A program made the position numbers and the translations under genes. A stretch of 64,000 nt of DNA, from the IMG/VR virus record IMGVR_UViG_3300047393_000086, positions 1 to 64,000 of that record. One strand, written 5' to 3'. This document shows positions 47,410-57,441 of the stretch, in pieces. Numbering within the stretch: position 1 is the stretch's first letter; each line of letters starts with the position of its first letter. The notes under the pieces were generated by a model. The model was not told where the DNA came from. It made no database searches and saw nothing but the letters and a program-made list of their open reading frames with translations. The DNA is from a virus.

Positions 47410-48207
47410 TTATTTATCTATTTTATTTTTACAATTGTCAAAATGCCATTGTTTCATTGCATATAATCCACCAGTCTTTTCACAATGAGGACATTTAACT
47501 ATAGGAGCTTTTCCTGTATTTTTACCTTTCTTAGAATTTGATATTTTAAGTCTGGTTTCATCAGATCTTTTTTTATCTTTCCAATATTTTGGATTATTAT
47601 CTCCTATCTTAGACATTGACATTTTTTCCTTTGATTCTTTACTATGTGTTTTACCTTTAAAGACACTAACCATTCCTTTTTTACCATTAGAAATGTTTTG
47701 TATTGATTCTTCAGATCTTTTGCCAGAGGCATTATTATTACCTAATAATGAATTTGAAATTTTGTTTTTTTCATCTTCTGTTCTAACTCTATTCCTTGAC
47801 TGCCATAATAGATTTTCTTTGGCGTTTTGACTTATACCTCTATCCTTACTTGCCTTTCCTATTTTTATTTTCGATGATTCTGTATGCGTTTTTCCAGTAA
47901 AATCAATTCCAGATGAAGTTTGCGTTTGTAAATTATAAAACATTGAATTGTTTCCTACATCATACATTTTATGTAACTCTATTTCATGTTCTAAAGCATC
48001 TATTCTATTATCAAATATTTTTAGAACATCATACTCGAATCTTTCTGGATTGACATGTTGTTCTTTAATAAATTCTTGATTTGAACTGCTCGAAAAGTAT
48101 AGAAATCCTATATCATGATGTGGTTCTATCTCTGAAGACCTAACCCCTATATACTTTTTATTAGTTAGCAAATTAGTAATTATGTATGTGTAATGGTATT
48201 TTTTCAT
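47410..48207 (-). CDS. GIY-YIG homing endonuclease with NUMOD3 repeats
   Basis: YTYIITN..KKYIGVR, multiple H/RSEE.K.KIS repeats, C-terminal CPHC..WHFDNC. Confidence 0.88.
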   Translation of the reverse strand: MKKYHYTYIITNLLTNKKYIGVRSSEIEPHHDIGFLYFSSSSNQEFIKEQHVNPERFEYDVLKIFDNRIDALEHEIELHKMYDVGNNSMFYNLQTQTSSGIDFTGKTHTESSKIKIGKASKDRGISQNAKENLLWQSRNRVRTEDEKNKISNSLLGNNNASGKRSEESIQNISNGKKGMVSVFKGKTHSKESKEKMSMSKIGDNNPKYWKDKKRSDETRLKISNSKKGKNTGKAPIVKCPHCEKTGGLYAMKQWHFDNCKNKIDK

Positions 48208-48255
48208 ATACTATATATCCATATTATACCTTGTAACTTGCCATTTAGTATATCA

Positions 48256-49929
48256 TTATTCTATAGATTCAATATCAAACTTTGAGAATCCATTTTCTCT
48301 ATAGATTTGCACTTTTTTATCGAATAATTCATGAGGCAATACAGTATGGTTAATGATAAAACAATTTATTTTGCTCTCTTTAATTACTTGACTAAGAATT
48401 TTAAGAATATTATGGATTCCATCGGCATCAACTGAACTTAATAACTCATCTAAGAACAATAAATTTAATTGTGGAAATCTTAATTTAAGAATCTTAATAA
48501 TTGCAATGATTACGATAAAATCTGCCTTCTTACGCTCTCCTGTTGAGAGTGTTAAAGGATTAATCTCTTCTCCTAAATGATTAATAATACAATTGAACTT
48601 TTCATCAAAACGAATATGGAAATGTAGGTGCATTGTTTGCGTCATTAAGGCAATATTCGCATTAAGTCCTGGTAAGATAGTTTTGATTGCTAAATTCTTA
48701 ACACCATCCTCTCCAAGTACTTCCTCAATCATTTCTAAGAAACCAAAATCAACAGCTTTTGTATCTTTTAGTGTTCCTTTCTCAAGTTCCTGTTTTTCAA
48801 AGTCGCTGATGATTTGTTCTAAATGAGAGAAATCAGCAGTACCCTTAATTGCCTCTTTGATTTTAATCAATTCGGATTTTAAGTTTCTAATGTTTGTATT
48901 TAATGTCGAAACTTTGTCTTGAACTGCTCTATCTTTAGTTCTTAAATCAATTATGCTTTCTTTAATGTTTGTAACTTCTCCACTAACTTTTTCTAGACGT
49001 TGAGGAATTGATTCAATTTCCTTTTCAAGTTCGCATTTTCTGTCAATATGAAATTCTCCGCTCAGTTCACTTTCGCAAGTTGGACATGTATTATTTTCAT
49101 ACAATTCCAATTTCTTTTTTAATTCAGCCAATTTGAATTTTAACTCAGATTCAGCTGATTGTTTTGTTTGTAAATCTGAAGTGAAATTTCCTAGACTCTG
49201 CGATATTTTAGTTTGAGCCTCTTCAAGCTTCTTTTTATTATCGTCATATTTAATTAATGAATCTTTAAGCTCTTGAATTTTTTGCTTGTCTTTTTCTTGG
49301 CTTTCCTCCATTAATTGTTCAAGCTTTTCTTTAACCGAAGCTATATTCTCATTAATTTGAGACAATTCTCTGGTAAAAGAATCAATGTCTCCTTTAAGAA
49401 CTCTTCTCTCCTCTTTGATCGCATTTTGCATTTCATTAAGAATAGAGAATCCAAACATTTTATCAATGATCTGTCTTTTATCACTATTACTCATTGTCAA
49501 AAATGATTTAAAATCATTGACTGAAAGAATAATAATGTTTTTGAATACATGGTATGGGATTCCGAAGATTTCCTCTTCTAGATAATCTTGAACTGATTTT
49601 TTACCAGCTTTATCGAATTCGATTCCATTAAGATATACTTTAAAAATACCAGGTGCCAGACCTCTTTCAATAATAACTTGAGTTGCTTTACATTGTAATT
49701 TAATACGTACCCAAAGTTCTTTATTGATTCTATTTGGTAAGTCATTTAACTTAACACCTTCAACTTTACCGTAAAGAGCAAAAACTATCGCGTTAGCAAT
49801 AGTTGTTTTACCTTCTCCGTTTTTTCCTAATGTTAAAAATAACTCTGATTTATCTTCATCGAATTCTATCTTTTGAATCTTATTTCCATAAGAAGCAAAG
49901 TTTTTTAATTCTATGCTCTGTATTTTCAT
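48256..49929 (-). CDS. Recombination ATPase (gp46/Rad50-like)
   Basis: GKNGEGKTT, CPTC hook, LSTGE, LFLDE. Confidence 0.93.
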   Translation of the reverse strand: MKIQSIELKNFASYGNKIQKIEFDEDKSELFLTLGKNGEGKTTIANAIVFALYGKVEGVKLNDLPNRINKELWVRIKLQCKATQVIIERGLAPGIFKVYLNGIEFDKAGKKSVQDYLEEEIFGIPYHVFKNIIILSVNDFKSFLTMSNSDKRQIIDKMFGFSILNEMQNAIKEERRVLKGDIDSFTRELSQINENIASVKEKLEQLMEESQEKDKQKIQELKDSLIKYDDNKKKLEEAQTKISQSLGNFTSDLQTKQSAESELKFKLAELKKKLELYENNTCPTCESELSGEFHIDRKCELEKEIESIPQRLEKVSGEVTNIKESIIDLRTKDRAVQDKVSTLNTNIRNLKSELIKIKEAIKGTADFSHLEQIISDFEKQELEKGTLKDTKAVDFGFLEMIEEVLGEDGVKNLAIKTILPGLNANIALMTQTMHLHFHIRFDEKFNCIINHLGEEINPLTLSTGERKKADFIVIIAIIKILKLRFPQLNLLFLDELLSSVDADGIHNILKILSQVIKESKINCFIINHTVLPHELFDKKVQIYRENGFSKFDIESIE

Positions 49930-49932
49930 ATG

Positions 49933-51045
49933 TTAATCCGTTTGGTTATTATATGCATGAAAGTCATGGAGTTTCTTTAATCTGTCTTTAATTTGATTTT
50001 TAGTATTTTCATCATGCATTAAACTATCGACATATACATTACATAAATGCAGAATGTTATAGTTTTTGTAAAGGTCTTCAATTTGATCCATGTCATATTC
50101 GTCCTCTCCTAAAAATGTATCTTGCTCATAAATATTTGGATCGATTTTTCGACTAATCTTTTGTACTTTATTAATTAATCTTGAAAGAGCAGATGTTGTT
50201 GCAATATTTGATGGAACATAAAGGTCAACATAATTATTTCTAATTGCATCTTTAAATTCACCAAGAGGTGTATTATATAGCTGGGTTAGATTGAACTTAA
50301 CAAACTTTGGTGATATTGTGTTCTCAAAGAAAGTTTCCTGCATGTCTTCTAAGTTAACCAGGTCAAACCCTTTGGTATTGTCCATGTCGGATCTAGTTAA
50401 TTCGTATGGAGTACCAACCATTCTAAGTTTACCTCTTCTTTGACGATAATGGATATGTCCAGAATAAACTGCATCAAATCTATCGTATGAAGATGCTTCA
50501 ACTCCATGAAAATTATCTACCTTCTTATTTAATTTAATACCTCTAACTTCAGAGTGGCAGAATACAATACTAGATTCTGGATATTCTCCAAGAGTTTCTA
50601 GTTCATGCTCCATGTCTCTTCTCCATGGCATTAGTAGAACTTTTCTACCTCCCCATGTAAATTCCTGAGGATTTTTGTAAATCGCAACATTTGGAATCCA
50701 TTTCAAAGCATCGATTGAACTTACTTCATTACTCTTTTTAGCCCAAATATCATGGTTACCACAAATAACATGTGTTGGTAAAATATTACCTAATCTTTCA
50801 AAAAGATCGATTGAATAATGAAGTACTTTGATGTTGACACTTTGTCTGTTATCGAATGCATCTCCAACTTGAACCAATATATCTCCATCTTCGTAGTTTT
50901 CTAATAAGGTTGGAATGAATTGATTGTCGTAGAAATCTTTTTGCATTTCTAGCCATTCCAAAGAACTTGAACGTACTCCTAAGTGCATATCACCTAAGAT
51001 CCAAATTCTTTTAACTGGTTTGTCTAATATTGCTTGTTCGATCAT
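49933..51045 (-). CDS. Recombination nuclease (gp47/Mre11-like)
   Basis: GDMHLG, GDAFD, GNHD, SGHIH. Confidence 0.92.
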   Translation of the reverse strand: MIEQAILDKPVKRIWILGDMHLGVRSSSLEWLEMQKDFYDNQFIPTLLENYEDGDILVQVGDAFDNRQSVNIKVLHYSIDLFERLGNILPTHVICGNHDIWAKKSNEVSSIDALKWIPNVAIYKNPQEFTWGGRKVLLMPWRRDMEHELETLGEYPESSIVFCHSEVRGIKLNKKVDNFHGVEASSYDRFDAVYSGHIHYRQRRGKLRMVGTPYELTRSDMDNTKGFDLVNLEDMQETFFENTISPKFVKFNLTQLYNTPLGEFKDAIRNNYVDLYVPSNIATTSALSRLINKVQKISRKIDPNIYEQDTFLGEDEYDMDQIEDLYKNYNILHLCNVYVDSLMHDENTKNQIKDRLKKLHDFHAYNNQTD

Positions 51046-51049
51046 AGTG

Positions 51050-51493
51050 TTAGAATAATCTATTTATATTCTTTTTCTTTAGTACGTTTGTTTTACGGTC
51101 AAGAGTTTCAATTAACTCTTCTTTGAATTTGTTTCCAAGTGATTGGTAGAATTTTGTTGGATTAATGTTAAAATAATCACATAATTCTGAAAACACTTCG
51201 ATGATTGAATGGTTTGGTCTTAACTCATCTGAAATAAATTCATAGATCTCGTTAATTTCAATCTTTTTTAATTTGGTGGTTTGATTAAACTCACTAATAT
51301 CATTAAAGTGTTTGAATCTTGAAGATTCAATTAGTTCATGAATTTTATCAACAATGATTTTACTTTCAATCTTGTCTTCTTCATCACGATTATCTGTGTA
51401 ACTTGGTGCAATTTCAAATGAAAATGTAGGATCCATTTCAAATTCGCTCTCTTCAAATGTATTGTCGAATATTTTATCTCTTTGTGTTCTCAT
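51050..51493 (-). CDS. Possible late transcription co-activator (gp33-like)
   Basis: C-terminal IIEVFSELCDYFNI.P..F...L...FKEEL resembles the gp33 helical pattern; weak. Confidence 0.4.
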   Translation of the reverse strand: MRTQRDKIFDNTFEESEFEMDPTFSFEIAPSYTDNRDEEDKIESKIIVDKIHELIESSRFKHFNDISEFNQTTKLKKIEINEIYEFISDELRPNHSIIEVFSELCDYFNINPTKFYQSLGNKFKEELIETLDRKTNVLKKKNINRLF

Positions 51494-52806
51494 TATAAAT
51501 TGTGTATATTTGAATTTGTAACATCGTCGGTTTCAGTAAGTCTCATGTATTGATAGTTAATGTCTAATCGACATTTTACTCCTTTACCTTCTCCATCTCT
51601 AATTTTTAGTACTTTAAGCCAGTATTCGCTACTTGCTCTCATTAAATCATCTTGAATAATTCCAAGCATTAAATCGGCAGTATGTGAAAGTCCTGCAGAT
51701 TCTGCAACGTCTCCCATTCCAATGTCGCTTGAATTATAATTGTTACGATTAATTTGGGTTGCTGTAACAATCAACCAACCATTTCTTACTCCCATCGCTC
51801 TTAAATCTTCGGCAATTTGCTTAATTTTAAGGTACATGTTTTCAGAGTTTGGATTTCTGTAGTTTGCTAAGATGTTAATGTAGTCAATTACAATACATCC
51901 TAACTTTATTTTTCTTTCCTCTTCAATTTGTTTTAAATAGGCTTCAATATCTAATACAGTTGCTTGTGATGTTGGAAATTGTTTTACAAATAACTGTCCT
52001 GGTGGAGTTAATCCATCACCAACATTTTCAAGCTTTCTTTTAATTAAATCTTTGTTCTTTGCTTTATCTTCATATTCGCTCATTGGAATTGTCAATAAAT
52101 TGGCTCCGATTCTTTTAAGAACTTTATGAGCTGCCATTTCCGCGGAAACAAATGCAGTGTTTACACCCATTTTAACAAAGTTTGCAGCATCATTTGCTAA
52201 ATAAATGGACTTACCAATGTTTTGCTCTCCAACATAAACTACTAATGAACCATCTTTGTCATATCCACCAGAAAGTAATCTGTCAAGAAACGAATATCCG
52301 CTCGAGATTTTTTGTCTACCTTCTTGATAGTGGTCATCTGCATTAAAGAAATCAAGACCTAGATCTGAATTAAATACAATTGAGTTTCTATCATTAATTA
52401 AAGTTTTAACTTTAGAGATAATTGACTCAACATTATCGGGATTAACATCAGTTGTTTTAATGTACTCGATAGTATCAATCAGGGTGTTGTCGAATGTTCG
52501 CCATTTAATCCAAGCTTCTGCTGTTGATATTAACCACTCATCGTCATATTGAGTCAGATCAGTGTTGTAAACCATCTCGATGATTGAATCTTCTACCTTG
52601 CCTTTAAATTTAGGACTTTGTACTAAGATTTTCATTTGCTCCGACTTTGGAGTTTCATGAAACTTCTCATGGAACTTAGTCGCTAGGAAATGCATTGTAT
52701 CGATTTCTTCTGATGTGTAGAAGCCTTTATGTATTTTCTCTAAGTACTTTGGTTTTGCCAAAGATAATTTAAAGAATATTTTTTCAAAATCTTGTCCGAA
52801 TTTCAT
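51493..52806 (-). CDS. Replicative helicase (gp41-like)
   Basis: GEQNIGKS, SAEM, IDYINI, TATQINR, AESAGL..TAD. Confidence 0.92.
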   Translation of the reverse strand: MKFGQDFEKIFFKLSLAKPKYLEKIHKGFYTSEEIDTMHFLATKFHEKFHETPKSEQMKILVQSPKFKGKVEDSIIEMVYNTDLTQYDDEWLISTAEAWIKWRTFDNTLIDTIEYIKTTDVNPDNVESIISKVKTLINDRNSIVFNSDLGLDFFNADDHYQEGRQKISSGYSFLDRLLSGGYDKDGSLVVYVGEQNIGKSIYLANDAANFVKMGVNTAFVSAEMAAHKVLKRIGANLLTIPMSEYEDKAKNKDLIKRKLENVGDGLTPPGQLFVKQFPTSQATVLDIEAYLKQIEEERKIKLGCIVIDYINILANYRNPNSENMYLKIKQIAEDLRAMGVRNGWLIVTATQINRNNYNSSDIGMGDVAESAGLSHTADLMLGIIQDDLMRASSEYWLKVLKIRDGEGKGVKCRLDINYQYMRLTETDDVTNSNIHNL

Positions 52807-52849
52807 TTATTTTTGTTTTTAATTATAGAGAAAAAACCTATTAAGTTTC

Positions 52850-53161
52850 CTATTGAAATGGGTTTATCAATATTTTATAGGCTTCTTTGCCCTCTTCAAA
52901 ATTCGTTTGCTCTAATAATCCTAATTGAATTGCTTTCTCTAGTCCCTTTTCTGCATTTTCTACCTTACCACATGAATGATAATTCAATAACGAATGTTTA
53001 GTAAAATTGTTTCTTGGACGGTCTGGTCTTTTAAGACTTTCAACTACATAAATATGAATAATGTCAAAGGGATCCGGAAAGTTTTCCAACTCTTCTTGGA
53101 TCCCTAAAACATATTTTATTGGTAGTTTATCTTCGTTTAGTATCGTAAGATTTACTTCCAT
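52850..53161 (-). CDS. Hypothetical protein
   Basis: ORF between uvsX and gp41. Confidence 0.6.
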   Translation of the reverse strand: MEVNLTILNEDKLPIKYVLGIQEELENFPDPFDIIHIYVVESLKRPDRPRNNFTKHSLLNYHSCGKVENAEKGLEKAIQLGLLEQTNFEEGKEAYKILINPFQ

Positions 53162-53162
53162 A

Positions 53163-54320
53163 TTATTCCATAGTTAAATCTTGGTCTAATAGTTCTCCAA
53201 TTTCATTGTCAATACTATCAAGTTCAGTGTTATAATTAAATAGTGGTTTAATATAAGCGTTGATTGTCTCTAAAACCTCTTTTGTAAATACTTTCTCTGT
53301 AAAGAATTCAGAGTTTGGTACAACCTCATCTAAATGTTTACAAATCCATCCTCTTGCTGTTGCTTTTGGAGTTTTAACACCTTTCTCAATAGAACCTCTT
53401 GTAATTCCACAAATATCCCATGTAGCATATTGTTCTAATCCAACATAAGGGTTCATACCTTTAGTAAAATCTAAATGGAATTTAATTGGATGTGGTTTTG
53501 CAAAACGATTCTTATCAGGCTTTGCAGTAACGATGATGCCAACCTTTTCAGCACCGTCCTTCAATTGTGCTTTATTTAACATAAGAACTATTGAAGCAGC
53601 GTATTCAGGTCCTGTACCACCACCAGCAACTTGACGTGAGATAAAATCTTGAGTCTGATACGTGTGGTTAGTAAATAAGAATGGAATCTTTAAATCAGCT
53701 AATGGAGTCATAATAATTCTAAAGATTGACTTTAAAATTTTTGAACGAGTCATATCTGCCTTTTCACTTCCAGTTGCAGCATCTTCAATTTCTTTTGCAG
53801 TTGCAAGGTTACCAGCTGAATCCAAGATAATCATAATCTTTGGAATCTCTCCGCCTTTTCTTTTAACTTCCTGCATTTTTTGAGTAATTGAAGTAATTGA
53901 AGTTCTAAATTCTTGTACTGTATTTACTGGTTGATAATTGACTTTAGTTGTGTCAATACCAAACTTTAACATTTGATCTTTATCGACTGCAGCTTCTGAA
54001 TCATAGTAGATTACGTAGTAACCCATATTAATTGCCTCTCGAACTGAATTCAGTGTCAAGAAAGTTTTACCAGTTCCTGAAGGTCCAGCAATAGAACAAG
54101 ATCTATTATTTGGCCATCCACCGAATAGACTTCCAGATAAACATGCGTTTAAATGAAAGTTTCCAGTATGAATCCATTCAGTAACTTCAGAGAAGTCTGA
54201 TTTATCCATAACAGATCCTAGTGGATTTAACCCTGCTAATTCTGAGTTTAGGTCGTCAAATGTAAATTTATTTTTTGCCATTTTTAAATTTTTTTGTTTC
54301 AAATTGTCTAAGATCCTCAA
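53163..54320 (-). CDS. uvsX: RecA-like recombinase (start probably Met at about 54281)
   Basis: GPSGTGKT, YDSE.A, ILDS.GNL, NHTY, GGG.G..YAAS. Confidence 0.92.
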   Translation of the reverse strand: MRILDNLKQKNLKMAKNKFTFDDLNSELAGLNPLGSVMDKSDFSEVTEWIHTGNFHLNACLSGSLFGGWPNNRSCSIAGPSGTGKTFLTLNSVREAINMGYYVIYYDSEAAVDKDQMLKFGIDTTKVNYQPVNTVQEFRTSITSITQKMQEVKRKGGEIPKIMIILDSAGNLATAKEIEDAATGSEKADMTRSKILKSIFRIIMTPLADLKIPFLFTNHTYQTQDFISRQVAGGGTGPEYAASIVLMLNKAQLKDGAEKVGIIVTAKPDKNRFAKPHPIKFHLDFTKGMNPYVGLEQYATWDICGITRGSIEKGVKTPKATARGWICKHLDEVVPNSEFFTEKVFTKEVLETINAYIKPLFNYNTELDSIDNEIGELLDQDLTME

Positions 54321-54459
54321 GTTCCGTTAGTAGTCCTTGAGTTTCATATTGTATTAATGTCATTTGCTTTTGAAGAGTTTCAAGTCTTTCATTGATTCTT
54401 TTATAGCTTTGAATGAATCTGTTTTGTTCTTCGCTGATGTTTTCGATGTCTATACTCAT
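54268..54459 (-). CDS. Small coiled-coil protein
   Basis: ORF in operon. Confidence 0.55.
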   Translation of the reverse strand: MSIDIENISEEQNRFIQSYKRINERLETLQKQMTLIQYETQGLLTELEDLRQFETKKFKNGKK

Positions 54460-54460
54460 A

Positions 54461-55657
54461 TTAAAATAATGATGTTGAATAAATTAAGTTTCTATTTAAC
54501 GTGTGTAATCCAACTGCCGTAAGAACCCTGTTCAATGGATCAATTACACTTTTTTCAAATTGCATTTCATAATCAACTTGAGGTGCAATTTCATAAGGAT
54601 GTGCTCCTGGTTGGTATGCAAATATTTCGCAAGTTCCATGTTTACAATGGTACAATTTTAATTTTTCACCATTACCAATCATTTTGTATTTGTTCTTAAA
54701 CTTAGGATTCTGATTCATTAAGAAATTATAGAATCCTGCAGCTTTAACATTAGGAGGACATTTTAAACCATACTGAAATTCAATAGTGTCATCAACAATA
54801 TACTTTTCAATATTGTTAGTTCTTTTATTAAAACAAATTTCATCAATACTTGCTAATTGAAATTCTTTCTTACATTGTTTCAAATAATCTACTAATCTTT
54901 TTAATAAAGACGCTGTAGGTTTTTCTGAAAGAATCAATTTAAGAATCTCAGTTAATTGCTTTCTTGCAAGTGCTGGAGTTGAACTTTGAATTGTATCAAA
55001 TCCAATAGTTTTAACCTTCTTTAATGATGGATATCGATCGTCAATTCCGATTTTATCTTCCCATGCAATATTTTGAAGATACTTTTTCTTAGCTAACCAA
55101 ATTCCAGAGTATGCAATAGTTTCTAATTCAAACGTAAGGAAATTCTCGGTATTTGTTGCTTCAGCATATTTTTCCATACACTTAAAGATATATTCTTTAA
55201 GTCTAAAGTTATAAAGTTTCATAATGAATTGGTCAATTGATAGCTTTTCTTCAAGCCATTCAATAGATTCATACATCTCTTGAAACTGTACGTAACATGA
55301 ATCGGTATCAATATAGATAACTGAAGGTTTTACCAGCTTGTTTTTAATTTCTATATTGAAATATTCATGAACTGCTTTGTCTTTAATCCAAAACTCCTGA
55401 AAATATTTGTTAAGAATCTTTTCAGAATATAGAATCGCAGATTGACCCTGTAATGTGATTGATTCTGCGATATCTATATTAAAAAAGTGAAACCATTTGT
55501 TTCCAAATGCGCCGTAAATCGAGTTAAGCATTACTTTTACTGCTTGTTCGTATGCGGTATATTTGGCTGACAACATAGAATAATGCTCAACCAAGATTTT
55601 AATCTCGTCTTTTGTTAGATCGTCTTCTGGTTTTAGTATTAATTCTTCGATTGTCAT
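54461..55657 (-). CDS. Family B DNA polymerase, C-terminal subunit (gp43B-like)
   Basis: KVMLNSIYG motif B, YIDTDS motif C, KKKY. Confidence 0.92.
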   Translation of the reverse strand: MTIEELILKPEDDLTKDEIKILVEHYSMLSAKYTAYEQAVKVMLNSIYGAFGNKWFHFFNIDIAESITLQGQSAILYSEKILNKYFQEFWIKDKAVHEYFNIEIKNKLVKPSVIYIDTDSCYVQFQEMYESIEWLEEKLSIDQFIMKLYNFRLKEYIFKCMEKYAEATNTENFLTFELETIAYSGIWLAKKKYLQNIAWEDKIGIDDRYPSLKKVKTIGFDTIQSSTPALARKQLTEILKLILSEKPTASLLKRLVDYLKQCKKEFQLASIDEICFNKRTNNIEKYIVDDTIEFQYGLKCPPNVKAAGFYNFLMNQNPKFKNKYKMIGNGEKLKLYHCKHGTCEIFAYQPGAHPYEIAPQVDYEMQFEKSVIDPLNRVLTAVGLHTLNRNLIYSTSLF

Positions 55658-55660
55658 AAT

Positions 55661-56416
55661 TTATTCAGCGGTTTGGCAAGTTGCAATTGTTAATAATGTT
55701 TCAGAATCTTTTGAGCGTAATACTACTCTGTTATCCATAACATTTGCTGAATAATCCTCTTTGTCTAAAAGAGCTAAATATTTTTTGAATAAGGTAACAT
55801 CCTTACCGTTTTCTCCTTCGAAACCATCAGTAACTAAGTAGTTGTAAGTTTTACCTTTCATTCTTACACCATCTTTATTAGTAGTGATAGTGAAAGTCTC
55901 TTCTTTGTCTAATCCGAATAGGGAACGAACTTTAGAAGTTGCAGTATAATCCATGTCAAATACATAGTTTGCTGCGTCAATATTAAAGATTGCTTGGATT
56001 TGAGAATCTGTTAAATCTTTGTAACCTAATGAAGGCTCGGAACAAGCTAATTTAATTTCTAACTCATTGTTAAAAATACGGAATTCAGTTGCTACGAAAT
56101 CTTCATCATTTTCTACGAATTCAATTTCTGCCTGAACATTACCAAACTCAAACTGCTTAAATGCATCAGTTAAACGAGAAGCATCAAAGAAAGCGATCTT
56201 TAATTCTTTAGTTGTACTAATTGCTCCTTCTTCTAATTGGAATACTTGTCCAACTGGAACTCTGTGATGTTTTACTGCATCTCTTTGTGGAAGATATGCT
56301 GAAGCTTGAATTACTCCATCCTTAATTTTAAAGTAAATGAATGTGTCAATTACTTTAAGTCGATTCACAAAACCGATGAAATTGTTTTGGTCTACTTTGT
56401 CAATGCTAATTTTCAT
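55661..56416 (-). CDS. Sliding clamp (gp45-like)
   Basis: Size, two-domain beta/alpha pattern, position next to the polymerase, middle promoter. Confidence 0.6.
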   Translation of the reverse strand: MKISIDKVDQNNFIGFVNRLKVIDTFIYFKIKDGVIQASAYLPQRDAVKHHRVPVGQVFQLEEGAISTTKELKIAFFDASRLTDAFKQFEFGNVQAEIEFVENDEDFVATEFRIFNNELEIKLACSEPSLGYKDLTDSQIQAIFNIDAANYVFDMDYTATSKVRSLFGLDKEETFTITTNKDGVRMKGKTYNYLVTDGFEGENGKDVTLFKKYLALLDKEDYSANVMDNRVVLRSKDSETLLTIATCQTAE

Positions 56417-56480
56417 GTGCTAATATTTATAAATTTAATTATTTAAGTATTATAAGGGGTATTAGCATTTTGTTTCACAT

Positions 56481-56511
56481 AAAAAAACCTGCTACAAAGT
56501 AACAGGTTTTT
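56481..56511 (-). terminator. Intrinsic terminator
   Basis: AAAAACCTG..CAGGTTTTTT. Confidence 0.7.
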
Positions 56512-56562
56512 GTTGAAACTCTTAAGAGTCGGTCCTCCGATTCTATCCTGAGGAGTGGTTCT

Positions 56563-56991
56563 TTATTTACTTCCTACTGATTTATCTTTAAATTTTATAT
56601 ATTTTCTAGCGACCATGAATCTAATAAATTCATAGATGTCTTTTGGAGCTTCTGCGGTACCATTAGAATCCGTAACACTAGCGATCCATTTACCGTCTTT
56701 AAACTGATAAGTCCATGTTGCGCCTCCGAATTTAGTTGTTAATATACCATCTTGTATTGATTTTTCTTTTACTTGAATACCAAGATCTCTTAATGCCGAT
56801 GCAGCATTTGTTAGAATTTCGGTAGAATACTCTGATGCATTTGAAATAACAGTTTGGTTATCTTTCCATTCTGCAGAAGCTCCAGTAGATCCGCTATATC
56901 TTCCAATAGATCTTCCATTTCCTGCTGCGGATTGAAGAGCCATGTCATTGGATTCATCAATAAATTGTTCAAATAGTTTAATGTGTTTCAT
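56563..56991 (-). CDS. Hypothetical protein with N-terminal tag
   Basis: MKHIKLFEQFIDES. Confidence 0.7.
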   Translation of the reverse strand: MKHIKLFEQFIDESNDMALQSAAGNGRSIGRYSGSTGASAEWKDNQTVISNASEYSTEILTNAASALRDLGIQVKEKSIQDGILTTKFGGATWTYQFKDGKWIASVTDSNGTAEAPKDIYEFIRFMVARKYIKFKDKSVGSK

Positions 56992-57009
56992 AATTTTTTT
57001 TGCTTTATA

Positions 57010-57345
57010 TTATTTTTCGTTAGCTCTACACCAGTTAAGTGCATCTTTAACAGTTTCTAATTCTTCGTCATATCCGCTTAAATCATAGATTCCAAGAATA
57101 GTTTCGCCATCATCATTTAAGTAGAATGAAAACTCTTCCATTTCTCCTTCGTGTCTATCTGCTTTTGATTCTAATCCATTTGCAAAATGTACAATATGTG
57201 GAAATTCTTCATCTTTGTCTAATCCCCAAACTACTTTTTCTACGTTTTTAGCTTTAGATAATTCTTTAAATAATTTAACAAGAATTTCTGGTTTTGGACT
57301 AGAAGCTTCTGTTACAAAATCTTCAAATAATTTAATATGTTTCAT
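57010..57345 (-). CDS. Hypothetical protein with N-terminal tag
   Basis: MKHIKLFEDFVTEAS; late promoter at 57370. Confidence 0.7.
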   Translation of the reverse strand: MKHIKLFEDFVTEASSPKPEILVKLFKELSKAKNVEKVVWGLDKDEEFPHIVHFANGLESKADRHEGEMEEFSFYLNDDGETILGIYDLSGYDEELETVKDALNWCRANEK

Positions 57346-57441
57346 AATTTTATTTATTTTTATTATAGTTATATATCTTTTTAATTTGATATGTAAATAT
57401 AATCAATTAAAACGATCTGGTAAAATTTTTTAGATAAATTT

